From positions 41,170,001 through 41,234,000 of the forward strand of contig NC_087447.1 of NCBI RefSeq assembly GCF_036321535.1: a stretch of DNA of 64,000 nt. Reading direction: 5' to 3'. Source of the stretch: Camelus dromedarius. Lineage: Eukaryota. The position numbers and the translations under genes are program-made. This document shows, piece after piece, positions 25,681 to 39,047 of the stretch. Within the stretch, counting starts at the first letter, position 1, and the number at the start of each line of letters is the position of its first letter. The notes beneath the pieces were generated by a model that had not been told where the DNA came from, searched no databases, and saw nothing but the letters and a program-made list of their open reading frames with translations.

Positions 25681-26279
25681 GCATTGGGGAAAAGTGGGGG
25701 TGTGCTATTCCCGGGGCTGGGCCCTGGGTCCTGCCAAGCTAGGCCCTAGGCCCATGGTCCCCTACTTGCCCCCTCTGCTGCCTTCAAGGAAACTGTAGAA
25801 ATCCTGGAGCAGGATCCAAAAGGGCTGGTCCTGACTGGGAGCCACCAAGTGAGGGGCCCAGGGGCCTCCACACCTCACGTAGCCACCTTGTCTGCGCTGC
25901 TTGACAGCCCTTCACACAGGCATCTTTGAGCTGCAGCCTTAGGCCTTCCCTGGCTTGTGGAGGCCAGGGGATGTCCTGCCCCCCTGAGCAGAGAGGGGTG
26001 AGAAGGAGCAGTGGGGTGCATCCTGACCCCACTTGGGCTGCAGGGGCCAGCCGGGCTCTCTGAGAAGGGCAGAGGTGCAAGGAGTTCAATGACTGTTCCT
26101 CGGTGTCCTCAGAGCTGCCGGCAGAAGCCTTTGTTCCCAGGGCAGAAGCTGTCATGGTGACTCCAGTCTTTGAGGTGATGGGGGGTGCCCAGAGCCAGAG
26201 AGCATAAAGAACCAGCTGCGAGGCAAGAGGAGAGCTCCTACAGCCAGTACCCTAAAACCTTCAAGCCGTTCACTGTGTT

Positions 26280-26630
26280 CTCTTCAGTAAACACTCTGCT
26301 GAGAGCCCGATGTGTGCCAGATTCTGGGTACCAGAGATAAGCAAGACATTGTCCTTGCCCTCCAGGGGCTGGTGGGAGAGGAAAACAAGTAAGCAGCAAA
26401 TACAGTGTGGTCAATGCAGTCATAGAAATGGATAATTATGAAAGGAAACATTTATTGAGCATATATTAAATGCTATAAACTGGCCTAAGCATTTTACCTG
26501 TTATTTTATTTCACTCCTCATCTGCTCAAAAGATATTATTATCTCCATTTTACAGATGAGGAAACTGAGGCTCAGTTATATAACCTAATTGCACAGCTTA
26601 CAAATAGTGGAGCTAGAATTCCTAGACTGC
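26280..26630 (-). mobile_element. L2 fragment followed by MIR
   Basis: gtgccagattctgggtaccagagataagcaagac, and ctccattttacagatgaggaaactgaggctcag. Confidence 0.85.
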
Positions 26631-26949
26631 CTAGTTGTCCCCAGATGACTGCTCCCTACTGATATCAGGTAGTATGGGTAAACAGTTACCACCAGAGGTT
26701 GTTGAGGGTTGGGGTACAAGTGAGTAGAGTGGATGGGAAGGCTTCAGAGAGAAGGTGAGGCCTGCTGGGGTTTTGAAGGATGAATAGGAGCTCCCCTGGC
26801 AGCCAAAGAACACAAAGGCAATCCAGGCCAATGAATGGTTTGTGCAGTCTCCTTTGATTTGTTGCAAATTTTTTCTCTATGAATTGTTTTAAAGCTATTC
26901 AAATTCCAACAGACATTTATTTACTAAGCCCCTGCTATGTGGGAAGTGC

Positions 26950-28627
26950 TTTTTTTTAAATTGAACTATAGTTGATTTATGATGTTAGTTTCAGGTGTAC
27001 AGCATAATGATTCAATATTTTTGTAGATTATACTCCATTTAAAGTTACTATAAAATATTGGCTATATTCCCTTTGCTATACAATAGGTCATTGTGGCTTT
27101 TTTGTTATCTATGTAGTAGTTTGTACCTTTTAATCCTCTGTCCCTAGTTTGCCCCTCCCCTAATCCCTCTCCCCACTGGTAACCACTAGTTTGTTCTCTA
27201 TATCTGTGAGTCTGTGTCTGTTTTGTTACATTCATTCATTTATTTTTTAGATTCCACATATAAGTGATAACATACAGTATGTCTTTCTCTGTCTGACTTA
27301 TTTCACTAAGCATAATACACTCTAGGCAGAATTTCATTCTTTTTTATGGCTGAGTAATATTCTATTGTATATGTATACCACATCTTTATTCATTCATCTG
27401 TTGATGGACACTTAGGTTGTTTCCATATCTTGGAAATTATAAATATGCCACTATGAACGTTGGGGTGCATATCCAAATTAGTGTTTTTGTTTTCTTCAGA
27501 TAAATACCCAGCAGTGAATTGTTGGATCTGTGGTAGTCTATTTTTAGTTTTTTGAGTAATGTTCATGTTGTTTTCCATAGTGGCTGCAGCAATTTACAGT
27601 CCCACCAACAGTGTACGAGGGTTCCCTTTCTTCCACATCCTCGCTAACATTTGTTATTTGTAGACTTTTTGATGATAGCCTGTTCTGACCCGAGTGAAAT
27701 GATATTTCATTGTGGTTTTGATTTGCATTTCTCTGATGATTAGTGATTTTGAGCATCTTTTCATGTGCCTGTTGGCCATCTGTGTATCTCCTTTGGAAAT
27801 ATGTCTATTCAGGTCTTCTGCTCACTTTTTAATCATGTTGGTTTGTTTTTCTTTTTTTATATTGAGCTGTATGATCTGTTTTATATTTTGGAAATTAGTC
27901 CCTTATCAGCCATTATTTGCAAATAGTTTCTCCCATTCAGTAGGTTGTCCTTTCATTTGTTGATGATTTCCTCTGCTGGACAAAAGCTTTTAAGCTTAAT
28001 CAGGTCCCATTTATTTATTTTTGCTTTTGTTTCCTTTACTTAAGAGATATATCCAAAAAAATATATTGCTATGATTTATGACAAAGAGTGTTCTTCCTAG
28101 GTTTTCCTCTAGCTTTATGTTTTCTGGCCTTATAGTTAGGTCTTTAATTCACTTTAAGTTTATTTTTGTATATGGTTTAAGAATATGTTCTCATTTCATT
28201 CTTTCACATGTGGCTGTCCAGTTTTTCTGGCATCACTTATTGAAGAGACTGTCTTTTCTCCATTGTATATTCTTGCCTCCTTTGTCTTAGATTAAGTGAC
28301 TATAGTGTGTGGGTTTACTTCTGAGCTCTCTAATCTGTTCCATTGAACTATGTGTCTGTTTTTGTGCCACTACCATACTGTTTTGATGACTATAGCTTTG
28401 TAGTATAGTCTGAAGTCAGGGAGTGGGATGCCTCCAGTTTTGTTCTTCTTTCTCAAGATTGTTTGGGTTATTCAGGGTCTTCTGTGGTTCCATATAAATT
28501 TTAGGATTATTTATTTGTTCTAGCTCTGTGAAAATTGTCATAGGTATTTTGATAGGGAGTGCATTAAATCTGTAGTTTGCTTTGGGCAGAATGGGCATAT
28601 TAACAATATTAATTCTTCCAATCCATC
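26950..28627 (-). mobile_element. L1, about 1.7 kb, 5'-truncated (ORF2 3' part + 3'UTR)
   Basis: Minus-strand ORF2 remnants [19 protein letters not shown] and WKQPKCPSTDE, T-tail at 26950. Confidence 0.97.
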
Positions 28628-29629
28628 TAATGAACTTTTAAAATCTGAATTTCTTGTCACTAAAAATTGCAAGTAACTTAGTTAATATTCAATTCAGAAA
28701 TTTCCTTAGGATCCCAACATGAGTGGGCTCATTAAAAAAAAAAAAATGTCAATTAGAACTTAACAGTAATACTAAAGACAAGTCTAAAGAGGGAAAAAAA
28801 AATCACCCATAATGCCACCATCCTAACACAGCTTTTTTAGTCACTCTGTTTGCTCCCAATTCTTACCAATAAATGCCTAAGCATTTAACATGAACACAAT
28901 GGAAGAGAGCACCACTAATTTGCTCCATTAACGTGGCCAAGCAAATGTCAGTCTTTGATGGGATTTACGAATATCCTCTGAGTCGCTGTTTGTTCGTTAG
29001 CAAAATTTCTCGAATTCTCTGAGTCACTGTTTTTATGTAGGAGAAACAGTCAATATCTGTATGGAAGTCATTCATTTCTTGCTTTACAAAGAAGACACAG
29101 CCAGTGTACACGCCCTTGCTCACATAAGAGACTGAGTCTTTACCTGGTGGCCGAGGCCCCAGCCTCCTTCTTGCTCCCCAAAGCTTACGCTAGTGTCAGG
29201 TAACCATGCCTCCCAAAACAACCCACCAAGTACACTCCCATCTCTGGCTCTTTGCTCTTCCCCTTCCCCACTGCCTTCAGTATCTTTCCTCGTCTCTCTG
29301 CTTTCCTCAGATGTTTTCAGCCTCCATATTTTAGGATCCAAATGAAGTCCCAATTTGTCAGTGAAGCTTTTTTCAGAATCCTCAGGGGTTCCTCCTGCCT
29401 CTGAGTCCTTCCAGTTCCAGCAGTCAACACCACTCATTGCTTTACGCTGTTTTATCCTTTACAAACATGCTCCATCTCCTAGAATTTGAAGATCTTAAAG
29501 GCAAGGACTATATCTGATTTCTCCTCCCCTGCCTTCTGCCCAGAACTGACACTTCACAAAATGTGTGTTGATTATGATGATGCTGTTCTCATGTTATACA
29601 AAACTCCAGAATTTCTAGCCATAAGAAAA

Positions 29630-29855
29630 GAGTGAGGATTTGAAGTCAGAATAAGCCAGATTCAAATCCTAGTGCCTCCATTTATTAATGATGTGACCTT
29701 GGGAAAGCTGCTGAACCTCTCTGGGCCTTAGTTTTCTCATCTGTAAAATGGGGGCAGTAACAGAGCTACTGGAAGGGTCTAATGAGGTAATACTTCACAC
29801 AATGTAAAAAGTGCTTAGTACATCATAAGCACTGAATGCATAGTTGATGCTATTC
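29630..29855 (+). mobile_element. MIR SINE
   Basis: gattcaaatcctagtg...tgtgaccttgggaaag...ctcatctgtaaaatgggg. Confidence 0.9.
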
Positions 29856-31002
29856 TTTTTTTTAACTACTAATAACAATGAAAAATAACAGGAGACTAGA
29901 GTTTGCAAATAGATTTCAAAGAGCATTAGTTTAATCAAAATCATTATCCACCAACATCATGAAATTATCCATCAAAGAATTTCACATTAAAAACTGGTGA
30001 CAATTCATTGGTTTCTAGGGACTTTGCACTTGAGTTGAATTCCATAGCTCTGAGATTTCGCTATCCAGTGCCAAATGTCTGTGACCCCTGCTCACGGTTA
30101 CCAAGGATACCCTAATTTGAATAGTCATTATGTTGTTTCCATCTCTCTGAATGACCCCCAAGCTAATTCAGTCTCCTAGAAAGTTGGAACTGGGAGTAAC
30201 TCTAGCAACTGCCCCTTGTTCTACAGACAAGGAGTGGCAGCCCACACAGAACCACCTGGCAGGTATGTGACAGCCAGAATTTTGAACCCCAATATCCCAA
30301 CCTCCAGTTCAGAGCTCAGCATTCACCACATCATGCTGAATCCTTGGAGAAAGCAGCTCTGGGAGACTTGTGACCCATTCACTAGGGGCACTGGGATTTG
30401 ACCTCAGTGAATTTATTCCCATGAGCTCCACTGAGCGGCCATAGCTACAGTGGCTACTATTTAATTATTCCATTTTCTGATAGTGAGAATAGTTCCTGCA
30501 CAAAGATGCTGAACAATAGCTACAATGTGTATCTTCTCTCAAGCGTTCATGCTCAGCATTTGAATCCAGCCTCTATGTTGGAACTCGAGTAACCTCACTG
30601 CTTTAAAAGGTAGGTCTGGGGACTATAATAGTCACCAAACCCCCTGGGATTCATACGTAGAGTCACTTGTGTGCGTGGAAGCAAGCAGGGTTAAAAAAAA
30701 AAAGTTAGCATAGATGCATGCCATGCTCCTGGCACACTGTGGGCCCAAATATGTGGTGTTTCACTGCTATGGGTTCACCAAGGAGGAAAGCAAAGAAGGG
30801 AAACAGTGTTTGTTGAGTGAGTAACTGATTACCAAAGGTGTAATTCACTAATCAGATGACAGATTGTAGGAGGTGCTGGCATGGAGAACTCACAGTAAAA
30901 TCTACCCAGGGCTGCATCTTGCCTGAATCAAATTTTATAGTCATGACAGCCTTGTAAGGGCATTGGGCAGGAAGGGTCCATCCCTCCTGAGCAGAAATAT
31001 GC

Positions 31003-31114
31003 TTTTTTTTTGTTTGGGTTTTTGGTTGTTGTTGTTGTTAGTGGAAGTACTAGGGATTGAACCCAGGACCTCATGCATGCTAGGCATGTGCTCTCACTGA
31101 GCTATACCCTCCCC
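31003..31114 (-). mobile_element. tRNA-Ala-derived camelid-type SINE (Vic-1-like)
   Basis: Reverse complement reads ggggagggtatagctcagtg...gcatgaggtcctgggttcaatccc, with A-tail. Confidence 0.9.
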
Positions 31115-31439
31115 CCAGCCATAACTCTTATCCAGAGAATCTGGCTCAGTGTGGCTTTATCACAAGTCTAGCCCTGACCTCTTCCCCACCCAGGTGACCT
31201 TAGAGCCTTTTACTCATGATTCATAGCCGAAACACGTGACAATAACCCTGAGTGCCAGCGCCCTACTCTGGCTGCCATCACAGAGTCTGGAACCCACCAT
31301 GAAGCCCCCTCTAGAAACAGCGGTGTGTGCAATTCCCCTCAGGCTAACTCTCTGGGTTAGCGTTGCATCTACAGATACAGAGAGTCCCAGACAGGCCCAT
31401 GGAGCACTTCCTGTGCACCAGGGACTTGGCTGAATGTTT

Positions 31440-31650
31440 GATAGGCATTATCTTATTCTTCCGATAGCCAATGAGGATTTCATTATATTCTATTGTATAT
31501 GTGATTTCATTATATCCTATTGTGTACGTGAGGAAACGGAAATCAAAGATCAAGTAACTGGTCTGAGGTCACACAGTGAACAGGTGGCAGGGCTAGGATT
31601 GGGGCCCAGATGTGTCTGACTCCAAGCTTCTAAGCTGTTTGCTCTCCAGC
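31440..31650 (-). mobile_element. MIR SINE
   Basis: gaggaaacgga...aagtaactggtctgaggtcacacag...tgtctgactccaag. Confidence 0.75.
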
Positions 31651-32499
31651 AGCCTTTGTCACATGGTCCTTCATTGCTGAGGGACAGCACTGGGCACCTG
31701 TGTATGAAGACCAGGCAGGCAGGACTAGAGGCAGATGGAGCTGCTCTTAGCCGAGCTTCATTCAGCCGTCTGTTCGTCCATCCAGCAGAGGGTGGTAACT
31801 ACTGTGGGCGGCGGGGGGGTGGTTGCTGTGGCAGGAATCAATAGCACAGAGGTCCACTCCTTGGCAGGAGGACTTTGAAGACAAACAAGGACTTACTTTG
31901 GAGGCTGCTCAGTCTGCAGCCCATATGTGTTCACTTTGACCTCCAGGGGTCATCTTTACCAGGAACCTCAGGGCTGGACCTAATTGGCTTTTGAGTCCCA
32001 GATCATGTAAAGTCCAGAGCACAAGGCCAAGTGCCAGTGCTGTTGATCCCAGGCTAGATGTTTGTCCCAGGGAAACTTCAAAGTACAGTGGAGGAATCCA
32101 AAACCTCTCCTTCCCACCTGTCTAGAATTGCTTCTCGGCTACACCCTTGCATGACTCACTAGTAGCAATATTTCTGAGCGCTTATAATTCAAGTGCAAGT
32201 GCTTGGTGTTTCAGTTACCAGCTTAACCTGATCGAGAAGGGCTGGAAGGGCCTGAACAAGTTCTGCTTAATAGACCCAACCACCCTCCAACACTCCTCAT
32301 ACCGTCAATGATATTTTCTTCCTTCTGACGGGAAACCATTGGGATTAGACCATCACGGCTGCCCCTTGTGCTGAAGTCACACCAAGTCTGTGGGCACCCT
32401 TTCAGAAGACTGTACTTCTTGTAACCAAAGGAACATGTGGTGGATGCAGGATTTCTGTAATAACCTCTCTGTGTCCAAAAATTATATTCACTTGTACTT

Positions 32500-32885
32500 T
32501 AAATATTCTTGTTAAGGATGGAAAAATATTTATAATATTAAATTGATTTATAATATTAAAAAATTTTTTTTAAACTTAATTTCCAAATAATAAGGAAAGG
32601 CTTAAGTAAAATATGGTATGTTCACTCAATGGAATATTATGTAGTCAACAAAGATGTTTGCTTAGGCTATGTACTAACATGGAAAATGAACTACGATATA
32701 ATATTTAGTGGAAAAACAATGTTTCAAATTGTATACACAGTATGATTATAACTATGTAAAACTGTTCATTTTTAAAAAGATGGAAGGAAATGTTCATTAT
32801 GTTTATCTTTCAGTGGTCAAACCATGAATTACGTTTTTCTTCTTTCCATTTTTCTGAACTGTATTCTATTAATACTCATGAGTGA
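32500..32885 (+). mobile_element. Old L1ME-type 3' relic (copy 2 of local duplication)
   Basis: tatggtatgttcactcaatggaatattatg...tatgattataactatgtaaaa. Confidence 0.7.
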
Positions 32886-33981
32886 GTATTATGGTAGGCC
32901 AAATAGTATAAATGAGTAGTATTATAGACTCCCCAAAGATGTCTGTATCCTTATCCCCAGAGCTGGTGAACATGTTAGCTTATACAGTAAAAGGGGCATT
33001 GTACATGTGATTAAATTAAGGATCTCAAGACAGGCCTGGATTATCTGGCCCAATGCAATCATATAGGTCTTTTTAACTTAATTTAATCATTTATTTTTTA
33101 TTGAAGTTTAGTTGATATACAATGATTCAGGTGTACAGCAAAATGATTCAGCTATACATACTTATGTATATATATAAAATAAAAAATTATTTTTCAGATT
33201 CATTTCCATTATATGTTATTACAAGATATTGAATATAGTTCACTGTGCTATATAGTAGGTCCTTGTTGTTTATCTATTTTATATATAGTATTGTGTGTCT
33301 GTTAATCACAAATTCCCAAATTCCTAAATTATTTATTATTATTATTCCAAATTCCCTGCCTTTTTCCTGTGGTAACCATAGTTTGTTTTCTATGTCTATG
33401 AGTCTATCTCTATTTTGTAAATAAGTTCATTCGGATCATTTTTTTAGATTCCACATATAAATGATATCATATGATACTTGTCTTCCTGTGTCTGACTTAC
33501 TTCATTTAGTATGATAATCTCTAGGTCCATCCATGTTGCTGCAGGTGGCAGTCTTTCATTCTTTTTTATGGCTGAGTAGTATTCCATTGTGTACATATAC
33601 CACATCTTTTTTATTCATTCATCTATTGATGGATATTCAGGTTGCTAATCACATAGGTCCCTTATAAGAGGAAGACAGGAGTGTTAGAGAAGAAGGCAAT
33701 GTGATGACAGAAGCAGGGGTTATAGTCAGATCTGAAGATGCTTCACTGCAGGCTTTGAAGAGGAGAGGAAGGGACCCTGAGCCAAAGAACACAGGCCACC
33801 TCTAGAAGCTGGAAAAGGCAAGGAAACAGATTTTCCCCTAGAGCCTCCAGAAAAAACACAGCCCTGCTAACACCTTGATTTTAGGATTTCTGATCTCCAG
33901 AGCTGGGAGATAATACATTTGTGTTGCCTTAAGCCACTAAGTTATAGTTATTAGTTATAGCAGCAACAGGAAACAAATACA
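32886..33981 (+). mobile_element. MLT1D-like solo LTR split by an L1
   Basis: cccaaagatgtctgtatccttatcccc...tctagaagctggaaaaggcaaggaaacagattttcccctagagcctccaga...aaacaaataca. Confidence 0.9.
33070..33646 (-). mobile_element. 5'-truncated L1 with 13-bp TSD
   Basis: L1 3'UTR and ORF2 end in reverse, TSD aatca(t/c)ataggtc at 33057-33069 and 33647-33659. Confidence 0.95.
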
Positions 33982-35499
33982 AATATATACCGTTATTATG
34001 GTGGAAAAAACATTTTTGGGTTAAAACTGGCTTTATTTGATTAAAAGAAACTTTAAAGATAATGTGTGAGTTAATATTTGTAGTCCAGTAATATTACTTC
34101 ATCATTTAGGTGTCACAAAATATAAAGTGCCATAGAGCTTTGTATGTTTCTTATTAAGTTGTCTCAGTTTTCCACTCTCCCTGTCAACACGGAAATGCCT
34201 CACTACAGAGCAATAAACATTGGATTTGGGTTAAGTTGCTTAATAATGAAGTCTAGTACACAAATGTCTGAGAAGCAGACAACAAGCAGAAGGAAGGAGC
34301 TGTTTAAAAAAAAAAAAAAAAGGAACGAAGTCAATGAATCATAAACAAAACACCTCCTGAGTTGAGCAACTTCAGATTTATGCAAACTCAACACTGCACA
34401 AAAATTTCCAAAAGGGACATAATACAATTTTAAAGAAAGAGAAACGTCTAATATAGTTAATGGGCAGTGGAAATACAGAACAGCTGTTATTATCTCCGCA
34501 CTTGCTTCTGGCCTGTTCTCCCTTCAGTTCAGTGTCTTGTGCCATCTCAGCCCCTGGTTTGATTTCATGTTGACCAGTCCTGCATCTGCTGCTCTGATCT
34601 TGGTGTTTCAAGTCACCCGGAGTGTCTGGTTCCTGGCCTTCGGCTCCCCCGCCAACATCCCCACCTTACACCCCAGATTTGCTCTGCCCATGTTCTCCAT
34701 TGGGCACGATTTCTGGTCTTAACCAGCTCACCTCTGAAGATCCAACCTCCAGTCTTGGGTTCTAGGAGACTATGGGGTGGGGGGTGGGGGTGAAGGGTGG
34801 ATGAAGATGAGAAAGTGAACAACTTTAGACCAGTGGGCAAAATTATCTTTGAAATAGGGGTAGAAGAGAGAGGAATGAGGGAGAGGGGGAAGAAGAAATG
34901 GAAGGAGAGTAGGGAGGAGTGGGGGACACAGAAAGGGAAGAGAGAAGGAAAAATAGGGAACAGAACTGTATAACATAAAACAGTTACCAGTTACCTTAGG
35001 GGGAAAATACTGAGAAAGCTGTGGAAACCATTCCGTCACACACGAAATGTTTTCACAAATCCTCATTTTAGGTAAATGGCTAACTAGCTGACTTGGCTTA
35101 TGGGTGAACTGGCTTTCGTGAGTTGGCCTGTTTTCCAAGTGTGCCCTAGCACACACACACACATGTACACCACGTGGCAGTTTTACACATCCCAAAGTGG
35201 GGGAACGGGCCTTGAGCCATCCTTGTGTGGAGACAGTCTGCTCAGATCCCCTAATTAACTGGTTCTGCCGGCACTCATCAAGCTGCCTTCTCATTATAAT
35301 GTGGCTTTTCGTGTAAATTTTCCCACCGGGAGAGGACAGGCTGACCCGCAAGTGGGCGTATTCTGGTCCCACTGGCAGTTACTCTGCATGGAAATTAACA
35401 AATCAGCGTTCTTTTGGGAATTTGACTTGTGTGTCCATTCTCCAGAGTCTAAAAAATATTTTTACTGCACTAAAAATAGCTGTGTCAGTGTTTTAGTTA

Positions 35500-36060
35500 A
35501 GGCAATTCAATGAAACCCACTTTAGGTAGCATTAGCAGGATGCAGGAATTTATTATAAGATGGTAGTGGTGTGTCCCAGAACTCAAGGGCAGACAGGGCA
35601 GTTAGGACTAGACTCTGAAGCAAGAAAGCAGTCAGGCCTGAAGCTGCTGCCCTTGCTCTTGGTCTGCATCTCACATACCCTTGACTGCCCTCTTTTTCCT
35701 CACACTCTCAGGAAGCATGGACCTCATTTCTGTTTTCCTCTTCACACCTGCTTCATTTTTTTTTCGCTCTACAGATGGACTTCCTCTGCGTCTCAGACAT
35801 GCAGCTGAAGAAGTCTACCTCTCACCTGCCTCAGCACCAGCAACCAAAGGAGACAAGCATCTGTGAGTCCCAATTCTAAATTCCTGTAAACAGAATCCAG
35901 TTGGCCCAGTTCGGGTCAGGTATCCACCCTGATCAAATCCTCTCTGAGTGGTGAGGGGAGCTGGGAGCAGGAGGACAGGGTCTGCTCCATGAAATTGAAA
36001 ATAATTCCTAGAAGGAGAAGGAAAATTGTAGAATGGATGGGGCAAGCACCCCCAAACTGC
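35500..36060 (-). mobile_element. MLT1 (J/K-like) relic
   Basis: gaatccagttggcccagttcgggtcaggtatccaccctgatcaaatc is typical of old MLT1. Confidence 0.6.
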
Positions 36061-36154
36061 CCCAAACTCATAGAATTTGGAATTTTTTATATTCTAGAAT
36101 ATGGCCATGTACCTCACATAACATCACACCCATAACCCACATCACACACATGTA

Positions 36155-37427
36155 ACACACATAAATTCAAAACATAAATGTAAGACCAGATACTCTTAAA
36201 CTCCTAGAGGAAAATATTAGGCAGAAATTGCAGCAATATTTTTTTGGACCTGTCTCCTAGAGTAATGGAAATAAAAGCAAAAATAAACAAGTTGGACCTA
36301 ATTAAACTTAAAAGTTTTGCACAGCAAAGGAAACCATAAACAAAACAAAAAGATAGCCTACAGAATGGGAGAAAATATTTGCAATGTGACTGACAAGGGA
36401 TTAATTTCCAAAATATACAAACAGCTCATACAGCTTAATGTCAGAAAAATAACCCAGTTAAAATGGGCAAAACACCCAAGTAGACATTTCCCCAAAGAAG
36501 ACATACAGATGGCCAACAGGCGTATGAAAAGATGCTCAACATCACTAATTATTAGAGAAATGCAAATCAAAACCACAGTAAGGTATCACCACACACCAGT
36601 CAGAATGGCCATCATTAAAAAGGCTACAAATAATAAACGCTGGAGAGGGTGTGGAGAAAAAAGAGCCTTCCTACACCGTTGGTGAGAATGTAAATTGGTG
36701 CAGCCAGTATGAAGAACAGTATGAAGGTTCTGTTAAAAACTAAAAACAGAGTTACTATATGATCCACTGATCCCACTCCTAGGCATAAATCAAGAGAAAT
36801 CTCTAATTCAAAAAGATGCATACACCCCAACATTCATAGTAGCACTATTTACAACAGCCAACAAATGGAAGCAACCTAAATGTCCATCAACAGATGAGTG
36901 GATAAAGAAAATGTGATATGTATATACTATGAAATACTACTCAGCCATAAAAAATGAAATAATGCAATTTACAGCAACATGAATGGACCTAGAAATTATC
37001 ATACTAAGTGAAGTCAGAGAAAAATATATGATCTCACTCATATGTGGAATCTTAAAAAAAATGAGACTAATGAACTTATTTATAAAACAGAAATAGACTC
37101 ACAAACATAGAAAACAAACTTATGGTTATAAACAGGGAAAGGGGCAGGGGAGGGATAAATTAGAAGTTTAGTATTAACATATATGCACTACTATATAGAA
37201 AATAGATAAATAACAAGGACCTACTGTATAGCACAGGGAACTACATTCAATATCTTATAAACCTATAATGGAAAAGAATCTGAGAAAGAGTGTATATATA
37301 TGTGTGTGTACAAGAATGTATATATATATATGTATATATATACACATATATGTAACTGAATCACTTTGCTGTATACCTGAAACTAATACAACATTGTAAA
37401 TCAACTATACTTCAATAAAAAAAAAAT
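36155..37427 (+). mobile_element. L1, about 1.3 kb, 5'-truncated
   Basis: ORF2 remnant [14 protein letters not shown]...[18 protein letters not shown], 3'UTR with TA tract, polyA tail. Confidence 0.97.
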
Positions 37428-37710
37428 TACACCCCCAGCACAGTCTAAAGCAGCTTCCCAGAATCAAATACATAAATATTTTTAGAATAAAAACATGAAT
37501 ATTCATACAAAATAGGAAATAAGGATTGTAAATAGCCTCACAAGAGTTCAGATTTTGCCTCCAAAGGAGTTACTAAAGTGCTTTTAGTTTTCCGAGCTTC
37601 TGGATTTCAAAATTGCAGATGAGAGATTCAGAATATACCACTCTGGGCTTGCAAAGCCGAGGACAGACCATAATGGTATCAAGGCACTTCCTCGTAGAGG
37701 CTCCCTAGGA

Positions 37711-38248
37711 CCTTGCTCCTCCAAGTGTGGTCTCTGGACCAGCAGCATCAACGTCACCCGGGAGCTTGTTAGAAGTGCTAACTCTCAGGCCCCACCCCAG
37801 ATCTACTGAATCAGAATTTGCATTTTAAAAAGATGCCCAGTGTCTTAGTTCATTCAGGCCACTATAACAAAGTACCATAAACTGGGGGGGTTATAAACAC
37901 CAGAAATTCATCACTCATAGTTCTGGAGGCTGGAAAGTCTAAGATCAAGGAGCCAGCAAATTCATTGTCTGGTAATAGCCCACTTCCTGGTTCATAGACA
38001 GCTGTCTTTTTGCTGTGTCCTGACATGCTGGAAGGGACCAGGGAGTTCTGTGGGGTCTGTTTTATAAGGGCATTGATCCCATTCCTGAGGGTTTTACCCT
38101 CATGGCCTAAGAAACTCCAAAAGTCCCACTACATAATATCATCACCTTTGGGGTTAAGATTTCAGCATATGAATTTTAGAGGGTCACCAACATTCAGCCC
38201 ATAGCACCCCAGTACTTCATATGCATATTCAGGTTTGAGAAGCACCGC
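37711..38248. mobile_element. MER5A MITE interrupted by MLT1A
   Basis: ccaagtgtggtctctggaccagcagcatc...tactgaatcagaa, resuming at 38207 and ending tttgagaagcac. Confidence 0.85.
37841..38206 (-). mobile_element. MLT1A0-like solo LTR nested in MER5A
   Basis: tgtcttagttcattcagg...ctcatagttctggaggctgg...aacattcagcccatagca. Confidence 0.92.
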
Positions 38249-39047
38249 TCCAAGTGGCTGTCAGCCTCCCTAAGTCACCAGTCTTTGCATCTGTGCACAT
38301 GAAGAGCGACTCACATTTGTGCAGTTATCCCTTCGTATGTGTTTTTTGAAAACAGCTTCATAGAAACATGTGCATCATTTTCACAGTTAACAAACCATGA
38401 GTTTTATGATAACAAAGAAGAAACAACCTTAACTCCAAATCTGGGCTGTACCACTCACCAGTCACCGGTCTCTCTGGCTGCCACCCAATATCACTCAGTG
38501 AACACTTCTCCCAGTGCTGGTATTTCAACACCTGGGTAGGAGCTTCTTTTTAACGAAACTGTACCGATCAGGGAATATTTGTATAATCCTTCATGACAGT
38601 GGGTCCAATACGGTATGAAGCAGCTGGAGCTATAATTTAGAAATTATCCAATAAAGAGTGCAAGCAAGTGGGACACAGAGTAATGACCAGACATTCGTTC
38701 TCTTTGCTGCTGACACAGAGAATAGAACTTTCTAGAGGGACATTCCATCCAGGGCCCACACCCAGAATGTTTTTGCAATTTGGTAACAGCTTTTCGACCT
38801 AATACCTTTTACCTTCGGCCCTATTGTTTCGGAATTCACAACAAAAATAAGAAAGGAGTGAGTAAATAGAATGGTTTTCTCAAAAATAACAGATTTATTC
38901 ATTAAATTTACTCTTAGGTTTTTTGGGAGTAGGAGGAACCTCCAAAATTCCAAAGAAAATTAAAAAGTTGTGAGCACAGAAATGCCCCTCGGACTATAAC
39001 TGCTCCCTGCCTGCCAGAAGCAGCAAGAAGAAAGTTATTATGGGAAC

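Noticed and set aside
35775..35862. Exon-like segment with a good acceptor and GTGAGT donor
   Set aside because: It lies within an MLT1-like LTR relic and has no partner exons or recognisable peptide.
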